From Aliivibrio fischeri ES114 (GTDB taxonomy: Bacteria > Pseudomonadota > Gammaproteobacteria > Enterobacterales > Vibrionaceae), in the NCBI RefSeq assembly GCF_000011805.1, contig NC_006840.2: a stretch of DNA of 32,000 nt. The stretch is one strand, 5' to 3'. This document shows, one piece after another, positions 1 to 10,632 of this stretch. The notes below the pieces were generated by a model. It saw nothing but the letters and a program-made list of their open reading frames with translations, was not told the DNA's origin and did no database searches. Position 1 is the first letter of the stretch. Every line of letters starts with the position of its first letter. The translations under genes and the position numbers were made by a program.

Positions 1-786
1 CATTGAGCCAGCATATAACTGAACCGATAGGGCAGCAATGATAGCTAAAATAGAAATTTGGATATGACGTTTATTAAATGTAGGCTCTACTGATGTTGGG
101 GCTAACTCAGAGTTATCAACTTCGGCATACGTTCTTGGTTTACGGTATGAAATAAATACGGCGATTAATAAGCCGACAACCATGCCAAGTGCTGGTAAAG
201 CCATTGCTAGTGGTACTTGGCTTGCAAGTACATCTAAATGGTTGTCATGTAGGTTTTTAAGCAGGATATTATTCAAGAAGATACCGCCAAAACCGACAGG
301 TAAAATCATATAAGGTGTCACTAAACCAAAAGTAAGAACACAAGCAACTAAACGACGATCAAGTTTTAGTTTATTAAAAACTTGAAGTAGTGGCGGGATC
401 AAAATTGGAATAAAGGCAATATGAACTGGCACTACGTTTTGAGATGAAATCGTAACGAGAAGTATCAAGCATAATAGTAAATATTTTACACCGGTTGCGG
501 CGTGGATATTTTCTTTACCATTTATACGTTTAATCACACTGTGAGCAAGCAAATCAGTAACGCCTGATTTTGAAATAGCAACTGCAAAAGCGCCAAGCAT
601 AGCGTAACTTAATGCAATAGTTGCACCGCCACCTAGGCCACCTTCGAAAGCTGAAATGGTTTCAGATAATGATAATCCACCTACTAATCCACCGATTAGT
701 GCGCTAAATGTTAAGGCAACAACAACGTTAACTCTAAGCAAAGCAAGGATAAGCATAACTGAAACAGAAAGAATGATTGGATTCAT
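1..786 (-). CDS. Na+/H+ antiporter-family (YuiF-like) polytopic membrane transporter, N-terminal 262 codons; 3' end lies beyond the window
   Basis: Absent from the ORF track because it runs off the edge. The reverse complement from ATG (cat at 784-786) reads [62 protein letters not shown]... I checked all 262 codons in this phase down to position 1 and found no stop. It is strongly hydrophobic and Gly/Ala-rich, like the Na+/H+ antiporter family. Confidence 0.6.
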
Positions 787-832
787 TGTGTTTAGTTCCC
801 TGTAAATTATTATGTAGTTAGCAATTAGCCAA

Positions 833-1501
833 TTAATTATTATTAGTATCGTTTTCTGGTTCTGGCATTACAGGCCAGCCACCAAGATCTTTCCATTTAT
901 TCACAATACGACAGAATAGTTCTGCCGTCTTTTCTGTATCATAAAGAGCTGAATGAGCTTCTTTACCATCAAAATCCATTCCTGCCGTTTTACATGCCTT
1001 TGCCAATACAGTTTGACCAAGTGCTAGGCCACTGATTGCCGCTGTATCAAAGGTGCAAAATGGATGGAAAGGAATGCGTTTTAATTTTGTTCGTGCCGCT
1101 GCTTCCATAACAAAGCTATGGTCAAAATGAGCGTTATGAGCAACCATTATTGCACGTTGGCAATCGTGTTGTTTTTGTTCTTTACGGACAAGTTTGAAGA
1201 TTTCTTTTAATGCAACGTCTTCAGTGACAGCACCACGTAATGGGCTAAATGGGTCACGTATACCATTAAATTCAAGTGCTTCTTTTTCAATATTAGCACC
1301 TTCAAAAGGAGTGACATGGAAGTGGATGGTGGTAGCAGGTTTTAAATTACCTTGCTCATCCATAGCGAGAGTAACAGCACAAATCTCAAGTAATGCATCA
1401 GTTTTAGCATTAAAACCTGCTGTTTCAACATCAATAACTACAGGAAAATAGCCACGAAAACGGTTTTTTAATAAATTGTGTTGTTCTACTTCAGTCATCA
1501 T
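833..1501 (-). CDS. rnt: Ribonuclease T (DEDDh 3'-5' exoribonuclease)
   Basis: 222 aa. It starts [17 protein letters not shown] (Exo I DxE motif), then has HNAHFDHSF and the HSALYD motif. Length and sequence are typical of RNase T. Confidence 0.93.
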
Positions 1502-1687
1502 TCGGTACGTAAGAAAATGTTATGACCATTATTGCAGATTATCCGTAGCATAAAAACTGTAAATAAGGTGTGATAGAGATATATTTATTAGTATCTAACT
1601 GAAATTGGCAAGTTGTAAGTAATTATTGGTCTAATTATTGCTTTATTAATAGCATCGTCAACGGCATGACCCATAGATTTAGGTATT

Positions 1688-2566
1688 ATGAAAAAAATAT
1701 TTGTTACATCTGCTTTATTAGTGAGCTTTTTGATTGCTACTCCTGTATTAGCAAATAAGAATTATGTCGCTAAGCCAGAGCAATCGAAGTGGACGATGTT
1801 AGAAAACTCGCCTTTAGAGTGTCGTTTGTCTCATAACATTCCTAATTATGGTAGTGCACAGTTTTCATCTTATGCAAATAAGAAGATGAATCTGGATTTT
1901 GAATTAAAAATGAACCGCCCAATGGGTGAAACTCGTGCTGTTAATCTTGTGTCTATGCCTGCTCGCTGGATGCCGGGTGATGGTGCAGAAAGTATGTTGA
2001 ATTTAAAGTTCTTTAAACAATTTGATGGCTATGTTGGTGGTCCAACAGCTTGGTCTATGCTTGCTGAACTTGAAAGTGGTCGATTCCCAACATTTACTTA
2101 TGCTGATTGGCAAAGTCCTAAGCAAATGATTGAAGTGGCGTTATCACCCGTTTTATTTCAAGAGCAATATAATGTGTTCAGTATGTGTATTGCTAACTTA
2201 TTGCCATACAGTTTTGAAGACATCTCATTCACTATTTTGCATTTTGATAAAAACAGTGATGAATTAAATAAGGCATCAAAAAAACGTTTGTCACAAATTG
2301 CTGATTTTATTAAATACACTAAAGATGTGGATTTAGTGTTGGTAGCAACTTATACCGACTCTAGTGGTGGTAAAAATGTGAACCAACAAGTGTCAGAAAG
2401 ACGTGCGTTAAAATTACAAAATTACTTTGAGTCAATTGGTTTACCTGCTGATCGTATTCGTGTTCATTCGTATGGTGAACGTCGTCCAATTGCAGATAAC
2501 GCAACACCGATTGGTAAGAATAAAAACCGTCGTGTTGTCATTTCTCTAGGACGAACAATTATCTAA
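1688..2566 (+). CDS. motY: Sodium-type polar flagellar motor protein MotY (T-ring component, OmpA-like C-terminal domain)
   Basis: 292 aa with a signal peptide ([22 protein letters not shown]). There are long stretches of near-identity to Vibrio MotY as I recall it ([64 protein letters not shown]). The C-terminal peptidoglycan-binding motif is [25 protein letters not shown]. Confidence 0.92.
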   Translation: MKKIFVTSALLVSFLIATPVLANKNYVAKPEQSKWTMLENSPLECRLSHNIPNYGSAQFSSYANKKMNLDFELKMNRPMGETRAVNLVSMPARWMPGDGAESMLNLKFFKQFDGYVGGPTAWSMLAELESGRFPTFTYADWQSPKQMIEVALSPVLFQEQYNVFSMCIANLLPYSFEDISFTILHFDKNSDELNKASKKRLSQIADFIKYTKDVDLVLVATYTDSSGGKNVNQQVSERRALKLQNYFESIGLPADRIRVHSYGERRPIADNATPIGKNKNRRVVISLGRTII

Positions 2567-2588
2567 TTATTCGTTTTAACATCATCAT

Positions 2589-2619
2589 AAAAAGACGCCT
2601 CATAGTAGGCGTCTTTTTT
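2589..2619. terminator. Bidirectional rho-independent terminator shared by motY (+) and the 144-aa orphan (-)
   Basis: The stem AGACGCCT (2593-2600) pairs with AGGCGTCT (2607-2614) around a 6-nt loop. It is flanked by an A-run on the left and a T-run on the right. The T-run overlaps the stop codon (2618-2620) of the minus-strand gene. Confidence 0.8.
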
Positions 2620-3052
2620 ATTGTAATTTGAAACTGGCGATTAACTCGCATTGAACTGTAGTATCAATATGTTGTATATGTCGAGCAATTGATGGGTTAG
2701 GGTGGCGCTTCATAAAATCCAATAATGCACTCTTGCAACAACCCAAATTATCAACGAAAGATTCACACTCAGTATGTGGGCATTGAGGGACGAGTGTTAA
2801 TATTTTTTCTGATGCGAGTTCAAGGTATTTTAGTTCAAAACGGCTGTCGTTTTGGCTTCTCCAAAATTGAGCCAGATTATGACAAGAAATAACGGATATG
2901 GTTATTTGGTCATTTAAACTGGCTTCATTTCTCTTTATCAGTTCTTCTGAAATAGCAAAGGCTTGCTGATAATGAAGAATGGTTCGCCATGGATCCTCAT
3001 TCTTAAAAGCTTGTTCAGCTAATAATGTATGTTTTTCCCATAATTCAATCAT
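2618..3052 (-). CDS. Hypothetical protein, 144 aa, predicted helical, Cys-rich C-terminal half; function unknown
   Basis: The ORF has a GAGG-type RBS (minus strand ...attGAGGcttaactATG). It has its own flanking terminators at 2589-2619 and 3137-3166. Its codon usage looks similar to its neighbours. I recognise no family from the sequence. Confidence 0.65.
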   Translation of the reverse strand: MIELWEKHTLLAEQAFKNEDPWRTILHYQQAFAISEELIKRNEASLNDQITISVISCHNLAQFWRSQNDSRFELKYLELASEKILTLVPQCPHTECESFVDNLGCCKSALLDFMKRHPNPSIARHIQHIDTTVQCELIASFKLQ

Positions 3053-3136
3053 AGTTAAGCCTCAATTAGTTTATTAAGAATTCTATTATCGAGATAAATC
3101 TAACTGAGAATTATTATCAATTAAAGTTTAATGTAT

Positions 3137-3166
3137 AAAAAAACCTGCCTAGATCGCAGGTTTTTT
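3137..3166 (-). terminator. Rho-independent terminator downstream of gloA (symmetric A/T flanks, could act on both strands)
   Basis: aaaaaaACCTGCctagatcGCAGGTtttttt; the 6-8 bp GC-containing stem lies 28 nt after the gloA stop. Confidence 0.75.
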
Positions 3167-3193
3167 ACTGTAAAGTGGATTATAAGGTATTTT

Positions 3194-3610
3194 TTAACCT
3201 TCTAATCCCGCTGATGCACTGCTGTTTTGAATTAACTCAATCATGTAACCATCAGGATCTTTTACAAAAGCAATATGTGTTGAGCCACCTTTTACAGGAC
3301 CTGCTTCGCGCGTAACATTGCCTCCTGCAGCTTTAATTGCGTCACAAGTTGCATAGATATCATCAACACCAATAGCAATGTGACCAAAAGCAGTACCCAT
3401 GTCGTATTCTTCTGTGCCCCAGTTATAGGTAAGTTCAATTACGGCACCTTGGGATTCATCACCATAGCCAAGAAAAGCCAGTGTGTATTTGTATTCTTCA
3501 TTCGTATTTTGACGAAGAAGATCCATTCCCATTACTTTGGTATAAAATTCGATGGATTTATCTAAGTTACCCACGCGGATCATAGTATGTAAAATGCGTC
3601 CATTAGCCAT
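3194..3610 (-). CDS. gloA: Lactoylglutathione lyase (glyoxalase I)
   Basis: The sequence [29 protein letters not shown]...IELTYNWG...GHIAIGVDD...[16 protein letters not shown] is typical Ni-type GloA. I moved the start to the internal ATG at 3608-3610, which follows AGGAG. The track's upstream ATG at 3652 would overlap nth. Confidence 0.9.
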   Translation of the reverse strand: MANGRILHTMIRVGNLDKSIEFYTKVMGMDLLRQNTNEEYKYTLAFLGYGDESQGAVIELTYNWGTEEYDMGTAFGHIAIGVDDIYATCDAIKAAGGNVTREAGPVKGGSTHIAFVKDPDGYMIELIQNSSASAGLEG

Positions 3611-3623
3611 TGTTTTGCTCCTA

Positions 3624-4259
3624 TTAATCTTCTGTTTTTTCTTTGAATTCACATAAATCTTCGATCATACAGCTACCACAACGAGGTTTGCGAGCTATAC
3701 AAGTATAACGGCCATGTAAGATTAACCAATGATGGACATCTAACTTAAACTCTTTTGGAACTACTTTTAGTAGCTTCTTCTCTACATCATTAACCGTTTT
3801 ACCCATGGCAAATTTAGTTCGATTAGATACGCGGTAAATATGTGTATCAACGGCAATGGTAGGCCAGCCAAATGCGGTATTTAATACGACATTTGCTGTT
3901 TTATGTCCAACACCTGGAAGCGCTTCTAATGCATCTTGGTCTTCAGGAATTTCTCCATCATGCAAATCAATAAGCATACGACAGGTCTTAATGACATTTT
4001 CTGCTTTCGTATTAAATAAGCCGATGGTTTTTATGTATGTTTTTAGTCCATCTACCCCTAAATCTAAAATGCTTTGTGGGGTATTTGCTACTGGATATAA
4101 TTTTCTTGTTGCCTTGTTAACACTCACGTCGGTCGCTTGCGCTGAAAGCAGCACTGCAATTAATAATTCAAATGGTGTTGACCACTCAAGTTCGGTTTGA
4201 GGATTGGGATTTTCTGAACGTAAGCGTTCTAAAATTTCTAAACGTTTTACATTATTCAT
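3624..4259 (-). CDS. nth: Endonuclease III (DNA glycosylase/AP lyase, 4Fe-4S)
   Basis: 211 aa with the HhH-GPD region [17 protein letters not shown] and the catalytic region VDTHIYRV. The C-terminal 4Fe-4S cluster loop is [17 protein letters not shown]. It sits immediately downstream of rnfE, as in the E. coli rsx-nth operon. Confidence 0.93.
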   Translation of the reverse strand: MNNVKRLEILERLRSENPNPQTELEWSTPFELLIAVLLSAQATDVSVNKATRKLYPVANTPQSILDLGVDGLKTYIKTIGLFNTKAENVIKTCRMLIDLHDGEIPEDQDALEALPGVGHKTANVVLNTAFGWPTIAVDTHIYRVSNRTKFAMGKTVNDVEKKLLKVVPKEFKLDVHHWLILHGRYTCIARKPRCGSCMIEDLCEFKEKTED

Positions 4260-4310
4260 ACAGCAATTAAATCCTTTTCTTTTTCACGATATTTGAAGTT
4301 AACCTATGGT

Positions 4311-4333
4311 GTTACAGTTACAGTTACAGTTAC
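4311..4333. repeat. Hexanucleotide microsatellite (GTTACA)x3.8 abutting the rnfE stop codon
   Basis: The sequence is gttacagttacagttacagttac. On the coding (minus) strand it reads TAA CTG TAA CTG TAA CTG TAA in the rnfE frame. Confidence 0.9.
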
Positions 4334-5013
4334 GAAATACGAGCTCGCTCTATCTCTGCTTTTTCTTTAGGTTGACGATCGGCCATTTTCTTATCAATGA
4401 CGTTTTTTAAAGCAATAAGAAATCCAACGCCAAGGAATGCACCTGGAGGTAGCATAGCCAGTAGGAAGTGGCTATCAACATGGAAAAGTTCAATTCTTAG
4501 CATAGTTGCCCAATCACCAAGCAGCAGATCGGCACCATCAAACAAAGTACCGTTACCAAGGATCTCACGCATTGCGCCGAGTAAAACCAAGACCGCTGTC
4601 ATTCCCATACCCATCCATAATCCATCTAAAACGGCAGGAAGTGGGTCATTTTTTGAAGCAAATGATTCTGCTCGTCCAATGATAATGCAGTTGGTAACAA
4701 TTAGAGGAATAAATATTCCAAGAGATAAATAAAGACCATAAGCATAGGCGTTCATCAGTAATTGCACACAAGTTACTAGTGAAGCGATGATCATTACGAA
4801 TACAGGAATACGCACCTCTTGTGGTATCCACTGACGAACCAAAGAAACAATTAGGTTTGAGCCAACCAAAACTAGGATGGTAGCAATGCCTAAACCAAGT
4901 GCGTTAGTCACTGTGGCAGAAACAGCAAGTAAGGGACAAAGACCTAATAGTTGAACTAGGGCAGGGTTGTTATCCCATAAACCGTTTTTAACTAATTCTT
5001 TATGACTTGCCAT
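4330..5013 (-). CDS. rnfE: Ion-translocating ferredoxin:NAD+ oxidoreductase (Rnf/Rsx) subunit E
   Basis: A 227-aa polytopic membrane protein paralogous to RnfA ([13 protein letters not shown]..., IIGRAE). It holds the last position of the rnfABCDGE order. Its ATG overlaps the rnfG stop by 1 nt (TAATG). Confidence 0.92.
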   Translation of the reverse strand: MASHKELVKNGLWDNNPALVQLLGLCPLLAVSATVTNALGLGIATILVLVGSNLIVSLVRQWIPQEVRIPVFVMIIASLVTCVQLLMNAYAYGLYLSLGIFIPLIVTNCIIIGRAESFASKNDPLPAVLDGLWMGMGMTAVLVLLGAMREILGNGTLFDGADLLLGDWATMLRIELFHVDSHFLLAMLPPGAFLGVGFLIALKNVIDKKMADRQPKEKAEIERARIS

Positions 5014-5645
5014 TATTTTGTCTCACAATTTAATGGAAGAGTTTGCAGCTCTTCTTGATGTGTCTTATAGAACCAAACCGCTCTTTTTACGGCTTTAACT
5101 ACCGCTCTTGGTGTGATTGTTGCGCCAGTAAATTGATCAAATTGGCCGCCATCTTTTTGTACAGCCCAATTTTTATCTTCTGCGTTTTCAACCGTTTTTC
5201 CTAAAAATCCGTCGACCCAGCGAGTTATTCGAATATCAATTTTATCACCTAGCCCTGGCGTTTCTTGGTGTGAAAGAACACGAACACCAGTGACCATTGC
5301 ATCGGAATCAACTCCAACGATGATTTTAATGTTGCCACTGTATCCATCTGGCGCTATTGCTTCAATAGCTGCTCCAGAATGTTGACCATTTAATGAGGCA
5401 AGATAAATTGGCATCGCCTGTTTTGAGCCCAAAGCATCTTTATTTTTTACAAGAACACAAGCTTTATATAGTTCATTATCATGCTGCTCTTTAGGAACAA
5501 CCTGATTGAGAACTGACAATAACTGTTGTTGTTGTTGATACGCAATTTGATCTTTAGTTAATGCATAAGTAATGGTAACTAGTGCGGTTGCTGCTATTGC
5601 AAACAGAGCCAAAACAAGGCTACTTTTTTTCATTGTGGTTAGCAT
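5013..5645 (-). CDS. rnfG: Rnf complex subunit G (FMN-binding, membrane-anchored)
   Basis: It has a single N-terminal TM segment ([21 protein letters not shown]) and the covalent-FMN motif region [15 protein letters not shown] chose the start at ATG 5643-5645 (MLTTMKK...), 4 nt after the rnfD stop. ATG 5633 is also possible. The track's 5696 start overlaps rnfD by 47 nt. Confidence 0.88.
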   Translation of the reverse strand: MLTTMKKSSLVLALFAIAATALVTITYALTKDQIAYQQQQQLLSVLNQVVPKEQHDNELYKACVLVKNKDALGSKQAMPIYLASLNGQHSGAAIEAIAPDGYSGNIKIIVGVDSDAMVTGVRVLSHQETPGLGDKIDIRITRWVDGFLGKTVENAEDKNWAVQKDGGQFDQFTGATITPRAVVKAVKRAVWFYKTHQEELQTLPLNCETK

Positions 5646-5649
5646 TGTT

Positions 5650-6705
5650 TTATCCTTTAGTATGGCCGTAAGTTCTTGGTTTTGTGTAGTAATCAATTAA
5701 TGGAACGCACATATTTGCTAATAAAACAGCAAAAGCGACACCATCAGGAAAACCACCCCAAGTTCGTATGATATAAACTAAAGCACCAATGAGAGCACCG
5801 TAATATAAACGGCCTTTTGGTGTGGTTGCAGCCGAAACAGGATCGGTAGCAATAAAGAATGCCCCTAGCATGGTTGCACCAGAAAACAGATTAAATAACG
5901 GCGATGTTGCTGTATCTGGTGAGAATAAAGCAAATACGCTGCTAATAATAAATAGGCTGACTAAAAAACTAACCGGTATATGCCAGTGAGTTAGACGTTG
6001 TTGAAGAAGGAATAAACCACCTAATAAAAATCCAACGTTAACCCATAACCAACCTAAACCTGCGAAACCATTAAAAATAGGTAAGGAAAGTACTTCTGAG
6101 GTAGTAAGCCCTGATTTTAATCCTGTTTTGATCGTATCTAATGGCGTAGCCATTGTCATGCCATCAACATTCATCGTTAATTGATGAACAGAGAATCCAT
6201 CTTGGCTTAATCCATGAAATATAAGCCACAGTGAATCAAGTAAGCTAATATTTTCTGTTAGCAGCTCTTTTACTGGTAACCAAGTTGTCATTTGTACCGG
6301 GAATGAAATTAATAAGACAACATAAGCAGCCATCGCTGGGTTAAATACGTTTTGTCCTAAACCACCGTATAAGTGTTTAGCGATAACGATAGCGAAAACA
6401 ACACCGATAACGGTTACCCACCAAGGTGCGAGTGGTGGAATTGCTAATGCTAATAATAGACCAGTTAAGAGAGCGCTATTATCGCTTAGATAGGGAGCAA
6501 GAGGTCTCTTTCTGAATTTTAAAATAATCGCTTCGGATGCAATTGCGGTAAAAATAGCAATAAGCACTTGTATGATATTACCCCAACCGAAGAAGTAGGT
6601 TTGTGCTAATAAGCCAGGAATAGTTGCAAGAGCAACCATCTTCATAATGTGTTTTGTGCTCTTTTTGCTATGAGCGTGGGGTGAGCTAGTGATAAAAAAG
6701 GCCAC
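5650..6705 (-). CDS. rnfD: Rnf complex subunit D (polytopic, FMN-binding)
   Basis: 351 aa. The N-terminus [13 protein letters not shown] is typical of RnfD/RsxD. It has many TM helices and the motif [16 protein letters not shown]. Confidence 0.93.
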   Translation of the reverse strand: MAFFITSSPHAHSKKSTKHIMKMVALATIPGLLAQTYFFGWGNIIQVLIAIFTAIASEAIILKFRKRPLAPYLSDNSALLTGLLLALAIPPLAPWWVTVIGVVFAIVIAKHLYGGLGQNVFNPAMAAYVVLLISFPVQMTTWLPVKELLTENISLLDSLWLIFHGLSQDGFSVHQLTMNVDGMTMATPLDTIKTGLKSGLTTSEVLSLPIFNGFAGLGWLWVNVGFLLGGLFLLQQRLTHWHIPVSFLVSLFIISSVFALFSPDTATSPLFNLFSGATMLGAFFIATDPVSAATTPKGRLYYGALIGALVYIIRTWGGFPDGVAFAVLLANMCVPLIDYYTKPRTYGHTKG

Positions 6706-6707
6706 TG

Positions 6708-9191
6708 TTACTCTTCCTTCTTGTTATTTTCTTGTGCTGCTTTACGTGCTTTTGCACGAGCAATAGCGGCAGCGACGGCTGCTTTTTTTGGATCAGCAGA
6801 TTCTTCAGTGTTCTGATTCTTCTCTTCAGAGGTCACTGGCGTTTCCGTTTTCTCTTCAGCCTGTGTTGCTTTGCGTGCTTTTGCACGAGCAATAGCGGCG
6901 GCGACGGCTGCTTTTTTCGGATCAGCAGATCCTTCAGTGTTTTGATTCTTCTCTTCAGAGGTCACTGGCGTTTCCGTTTTCTCTTCAGCCTGTGCTGCTT
7001 TGCGTGCTTTTGCACGAGCAATAGCGGCGGCGACGGCTGCTTTTTTCGGATCAGCAGATCCTTCAGTGTTTTGATTCTTCTCTTCAGAGGCCACTGGCGT
7101 TTCCGTTTTCTCTTCAGCTTGCGCAGCTTTGCGTGCTTTTGCACGAGCGATAGCGGCAGCGACGGCTGCTTTTTTCGGATCAGCAGATCCTTCAGTGTTT
7201 TGATTCTTCTCTTCAGAGGTCACTGGCGTTTCCGTTTTCTCTTCAGCCTGTGCTGCTTTGCGTGCTTTTGCACGAGCAATAGCGGCGGCGACGGCTGCTT
7301 TTTTCGGATCAGCAGATCCTTCAGTGTTTTGATTCTTCTCTTCAGAGGCCACTGGCGTTTCCGTTTTCTCTTCAGCTTGCGCAGCTTTGCGTGCTTTTGC
7401 ACGAGCAATAGCGGCAGCCACGGCATCTTTTTTCTCTGATTTGTCTGAATCAGTTGCTGTGGTTTCTTCCGCAAGTTTTGCTTTTCTTTCTCTTGCTTGC
7501 TGCTTACGCTCTTCACGTAGTTTAGCCATTTCAGAGTTATCTGGTACTGAAGTCTCCGATTTTGCTGCCTCTGCTTGTTTTGCTTTTGCACGAGCAATTG
7601 CAGCAGCAACAGCCGGTTTTGGTGCAGCTACGCCAGATTCTTGAGCGGCTTTTTGTGCTTTGACACGAGCAATAGCTGCAGCGATTGCATCATCACCACC
7701 TTTATTCTCTGTCTTCATCTCTTTGCGACGGTTTTCAGCGGCTTGTTTAAATTTATTTTCACGTTCAAGTTTATCGCGTTCTAAACGTGCATTTTTTTCT
7801 TCAAAACGTAATTTTGCTCGTTCTGCAGCTAATGCATCTTGCTTACGAGAATAAATTTCTGATTTGGCTTGGCGATAATATTGAACTAGCGGTATTTCAC
7901 TTGGACAGACATAAGCACAGGCACCACACTCAATACAATCGTTAAGGTTATACTCATTACATTTGTCATAATCTTCTGATTTTGAGTACCAGTATAGCTG
8001 CTGAGGAAGTAACGATGTTGGGCAGGCATCAGCACAGCTACTGCATCGAATACAAGCCATTTCATGATTGTACAGAGGCAGTTCTTTTTTATCTGGTGTG
8101 ATAATACAGTTGGTAATTTTAGTAATTGGAACTTGCTGATGGGGTAAAGTAAAGCCCATTAATGAACCGCCCATGATGATTCGTGGGTGTTTCTTATCAG
8201 CTTTATAGCCAACTAATTCCATAAGGTAATCAATACAAGTACCTAGGCGAACCCACAGGTTACCTGGTGTTGACATGCTGTTACCTGTTAACGTGACGAT
8301 TCGCTCAATAAGAGGTTCGGCATCGCAAATAGCGCGCTTTATGGCAAATACCGTTCCGACGTTTTGAACAATGACCCCAATATCTGTTGAACGGCCATTT
8401 GCAGGTACTTCTTGCCCTGTAATTATTTTTGTCAGTTGACGAGAACCACCAGATGGATATTTGGTTGGTATGACTCGAATAATGATATTGTCATGGTCAG
8501 TAACCGCTTGGTTAAGTGCTTTTACGGCTTCTGGTTTGTTATCTTCAATGGCAATGATACATACTTTTGGTGTCAGAATGTGTTGTAGGATCTTAATACC
8601 ATCAATGATCTCTTCAGCATGCTCTCGCATTAAACGATCATCTGCAGTGATGTAGGGTTCACATTCAGCAGCGTTGATAATGAGCATTTCAGCTTTGCCA
8701 ATACCACTTTGAATCTTACGGCTAGTAGGGAAACCAGCACCACCCATTCCTGATATACCAGATTGACGGATTCTCTCGATAAGATCGATGGGATCTACTG
8801 ATGAAAAGTCATCAATTGGTGTACGATCTTCAACCCAACGATCTTCGCCATCCGATTCGATTACGATACACAGATCTGTTAATCCTGATGGATGAGCTAC
8901 GGTGCGAGGCTCAATGGCGGTAATTCTTCCTGATGTTGGTGCGTGAACAGGAACACACATAGCAATATTGCCCTGTGTTAGAGGTTGGCCTTTTAGTACG
9001 ACATCACCAACAGAGACAAGAATGTCACCTTTTCCACCAATGTGCTGTTTTAAAGGAAGAACAAGTTGAGAAGGGATCCCCGCTTGTTGAATTGCAGCCT
9101 GATTAGAGATTGTTTTATTTTCTTCAGGATGAATACCACCGTGAAAGTCCCACAGTTGGCCTTGTTTAATTTGTTCGATAATGGACAACAT
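6708..9191 (-). CDS. rnfC: Rnf complex subunit C (NADH/FMN-binding, 2x[4Fe-4S]) with a long repetitive Ala/Lys/Glu-rich C-terminal extension
   Basis: 827 aa. The N-terminal roughly 450 aa carry GMGGAGFPT and two ferredoxin motifs, [12 protein letters not shown] and [12 protein letters not shown]. The C-terminal roughly 370 aa are low-complexity, with 43-aa tandem repeats. Confidence 0.93.
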   Translation of the reverse strand: MLSIIEQIKQGQLWDFHGGIHPEENKTISNQAAIQQAGIPSQLVLPLKQHIGGKGDILVSVGDVVLKGQPLTQGNIAMCVPVHAPTSGRITAIEPRTVAHPSGLTDLCIVIESDGEDRWVEDRTPIDDFSSVDPIDLIERIRQSGISGMGGAGFPTSRKIQSGIGKAEMLIINAAECEPYITADDRLMREHAEEIIDGIKILQHILTPKVCIIAIEDNKPEAVKALNQAVTDHDNIIIRVIPTKYPSGGSRQLTKIITGQEVPANGRSTDIGVIVQNVGTVFAIKRAICDAEPLIERIVTLTGNSMSTPGNLWVRLGTCIDYLMELVGYKADKKHPRIIMGGSLMGFTLPHQQVPITKITNCIITPDKKELPLYNHEMACIRCSSCADACPTSLLPQQLYWYSKSEDYDKCNEYNLNDCIECGACAYVCPSEIPLVQYYRQAKSEIYSRKQDALAAERAKLRFEEKNARLERDKLERENKFKQAAENRRKEMKTENKGGDDAIAAAIARVKAQKAAQESGVAAPKPAVAAAIARAKAKQAEAAKSETSVPDNSEMAKLREERKQQARERKAKLAEETTATDSDKSEKKDAVAAAIARAKARKAAQAEEKTETPVASEEKNQNTEGSADPKKAAVAAAIARAKARKAAQAEEKTETPVTSEEKNQNTEGSADPKKAAVAAAIARAKARKAAQAEEKTETPVASEEKNQNTEGSADPKKAAVAAAIARAKARKAAQAEEKTETPVTSEEKNQNTEGSADPKKAAVAAAIARAKARKATQAEEKTETPVTSEEKNQNTEESADPKKAAVAAAIARAKARKAAQENNKKEE
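6733..7424. repeat. Tandem repeat, 129-bp unit (43 aa), about 5.4 copies, organised as a 258-bp higher-order doublet; lies inside the rnfC 3' region
   Basis: The landmark gcacgagc[a/g]atagcggc recurs at 6754, 6883, 7012, 7141, 7270 and 7399, exactly 129 bp apart. Units differ by 0-6 nt. The pair 6883-7140 is near-identical to 7141-7398. The peptide unit is [31 protein letters not shown][A/T][11 protein letters not shown]. Confidence 0.95.
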
Positions 9192-9194
9192 GTA

Positions 9195-9779
9195 TTACAG
9201 CTCCGATGATTTAGAAGGTTGGTCTGTAGAAATATTTACAACAGGGATAGTGTTTAAATCCCATTTCCAATTATCAGGTGTTGTTTTTACAGGGATCATC
9301 TCAATACAGTCCGTTGGACATGGAGCGACACATAAATCACATCCGGTACATTCCGATTCAATAACGGTATGTAAGGCTTTTGTTCCGCCAACAATGGCAT
9401 CAACAGGACAAGCCTGAATACATTTAGTACATCCAATACACATATCTTCATGAATAAAAGCGACTTTTTTAATGCTTTTTTCTTCATCGTGAGCAGAGCT
9501 AGGAACATCAACGCCCATTAGGTCTGCAAGTTTTTCGATCGTTGCCTGACCACCTGGAGGGCATTTATTTATCATATCGCCATTTGCGATAGCTTCAGCG
9601 TAGGGCTTACAGCCAGGGTAACCACATTGACCACATTGCGTCTGAGGAAGAATTGCATCGATTTGTTCGACAATAGGGTCGGACTCAACTTTAAATTTAA
9701 TTGATGCAAACCCCAGTATTAAGCCAAATACTAGGGCAAGAGCAGCAATAGCTATAACAGCAATTAAGATTGAACTCAT
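9195..9779 (-). CDS. rnfB: Rnf complex subunit B (polyferredoxin-like Fe-S subunit)
   Basis: 194 aa with an N-terminal TM anchor. It has a CxxCxxxxC-type cluster (CGQCGYPGC) and two 4Fe-4S motifs, [12 protein letters not shown] and [12 protein letters not shown]. Confidence 0.93.
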   Translation of the reverse strand: MSSILIAVIAIAALALVFGLILGFASIKFKVESDPIVEQIDAILPQTQCGQCGYPGCKPYAEAIANGDMINKCPPGGQATIEKLADLMGVDVPSSAHDEEKSIKKVAFIHEDMCIGCTKCIQACPVDAIVGGTKALHTVIESECTGCDLCVAPCPTDCIEMIPVKTTPDNWKWDLNTIPVVNISTDQPSKSSEL

Positions 9780-9781
9780 GT

Positions 9782-10363
9782 TTATAATTTCACTAAACCA
9801 GTAAAGCCCATAAAGGCTAAAGACATTAAACCTGCAGTGATCATCGCAATAGAAGCACCTTTAAAAGGTAAAGGTACATCGGCAGCAGCAATTCGTTCAC
9901 GCATTGCAGAAAATAAGATAAGAACTAAAGAAAAACCAACGGCAGCACCAAAGCCATAAATAATAGATTCTACGAAATTATGATTTTCAGTGACATTTAG
10001 AAGAGCAACACCAAGAACGGCACAGTTGGTTGTAATTAATGGTAAGAAAATACCCAATACACGATACAAAGTTGGGCTTGTTTTGTGTACAACCATTTCG
10101 GTGAATTGCACCACAACTGCAATAACAAGAATAAAGCTCATTGTTCTGAGGTATTCAATACCTAGTGGAGACAAGATGTATGTTTCGACAAGATACGAAC
10201 ACACTGATGCTAAGGTAAGAACAAATGTGGTTGCTAATCCCATTCCAATAGCGCTTTCTAGTTTTTTAGACACGCCCATAAATGGGCAAAGTCCTAAGAA
10301 CTTAACTAGTACAAAGTTGTTTACTAGAACGGTACCAATAAGTAGTAAGAGATACTCAGTCAT
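9782..10363 (-). CDS. rnfA: Rnf complex subunit A
   Basis: A 193-aa polytopic membrane protein ([25 protein letters not shown]). It is the first gene of the rnfABCDGE operon. Confidence 0.93.
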   Translation of the reverse strand: MTEYLLLLIGTVLVNNFVLVKFLGLCPFMGVSKKLESAIGMGLATTFVLTLASVCSYLVETYILSPLGIEYLRTMSFILVIAVVVQFTEMVVHKTSPTLYRVLGIFLPLITTNCAVLGVALLNVTENHNFVESIIYGFGAAVGFSLVLILFSAMRERIAAADVPLPFKGASIAMITAGLMSLAFMGFTGLVKL

Positions 10364-10460
10364 GCCAATGATTTTTATGATAATAGATGATCTGGTTATT
10401 ATCGGACTTTAAGCGCGTGATAACAACCTTAGAAAGAATAGGTTTTTAATATTTTAAGTA

Positions 10461-10490
10461 AAAAAAAAGCCTCGTCGTTAGACAAGGCTT
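10461..10490 (-). terminator. Rho-independent terminator after the tRNA-Asn pair
   Basis: The minus strand reads AGCCTTGTC-taac-GACGAGGCT followed by TTTTTTTT: a 9-bp stem with one mismatch. It starts 8 nt after the tRNA 3' end. Confidence 0.75.
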
Positions 10491-10497
10491 TTAAAAG

Positions 10498-10573
10498 TGG
10501 CTCCTCTTGCTGGACTTGAACCAGCGACATACGGATTAACAGTCCGCCGTTCTACCAACTGAACTAAAGAGGA
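10498..10573 (-). tRNA. tRNA-Asn (anticodon GTT), copy 1, CCA encoded
   Basis: The minus strand is TCCTCTTTAGTTCAGTTGGTAGAACGGCGGACTGTTAATCCGTATGTCGCTGGTTCAAGTCCAGCAAGAGGAGCCA, 76 nt. It gives a cloverleaf with a 7-bp acceptor stem and the anticodon loop CTGTTAA. It is very close to E. coli tRNA-Asn. Confidence 0.95.
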
Positions 10574-10632
10574 ATTAACTTTTATATAGTCACGTAATGC
10601 TTAAAAAGAGCAGTAACCTAACTATTTAAATG

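Noticed and set aside
1502-1687. Search for a sigma28 (FliA) promoter (TAAA-N15-GCCGATAA) upstream of motY.
   Set aside because: The best candidate is TAAA-N14-tgtGATAg around 1551-1576. It matches only the GATA core, which is not enough to annotate.
6732-7854. Long ORFs antisense or out of frame within rnfC (235 aa at 6732-7439 +, 129 aa at 7220-7609 -, 60 aa at 6962-7144 -, and 85/69/64 aa + ORFs up to 7854).
   Set aside because: They exist only because the 129-bp tandem repeat lacks stops in several frames. Their translations are repetitive low-complexity strings ([17 protein letters not shown]...). The rnfC frame is strongly supported by Fe-S and NADH-binding motifs and operon context.
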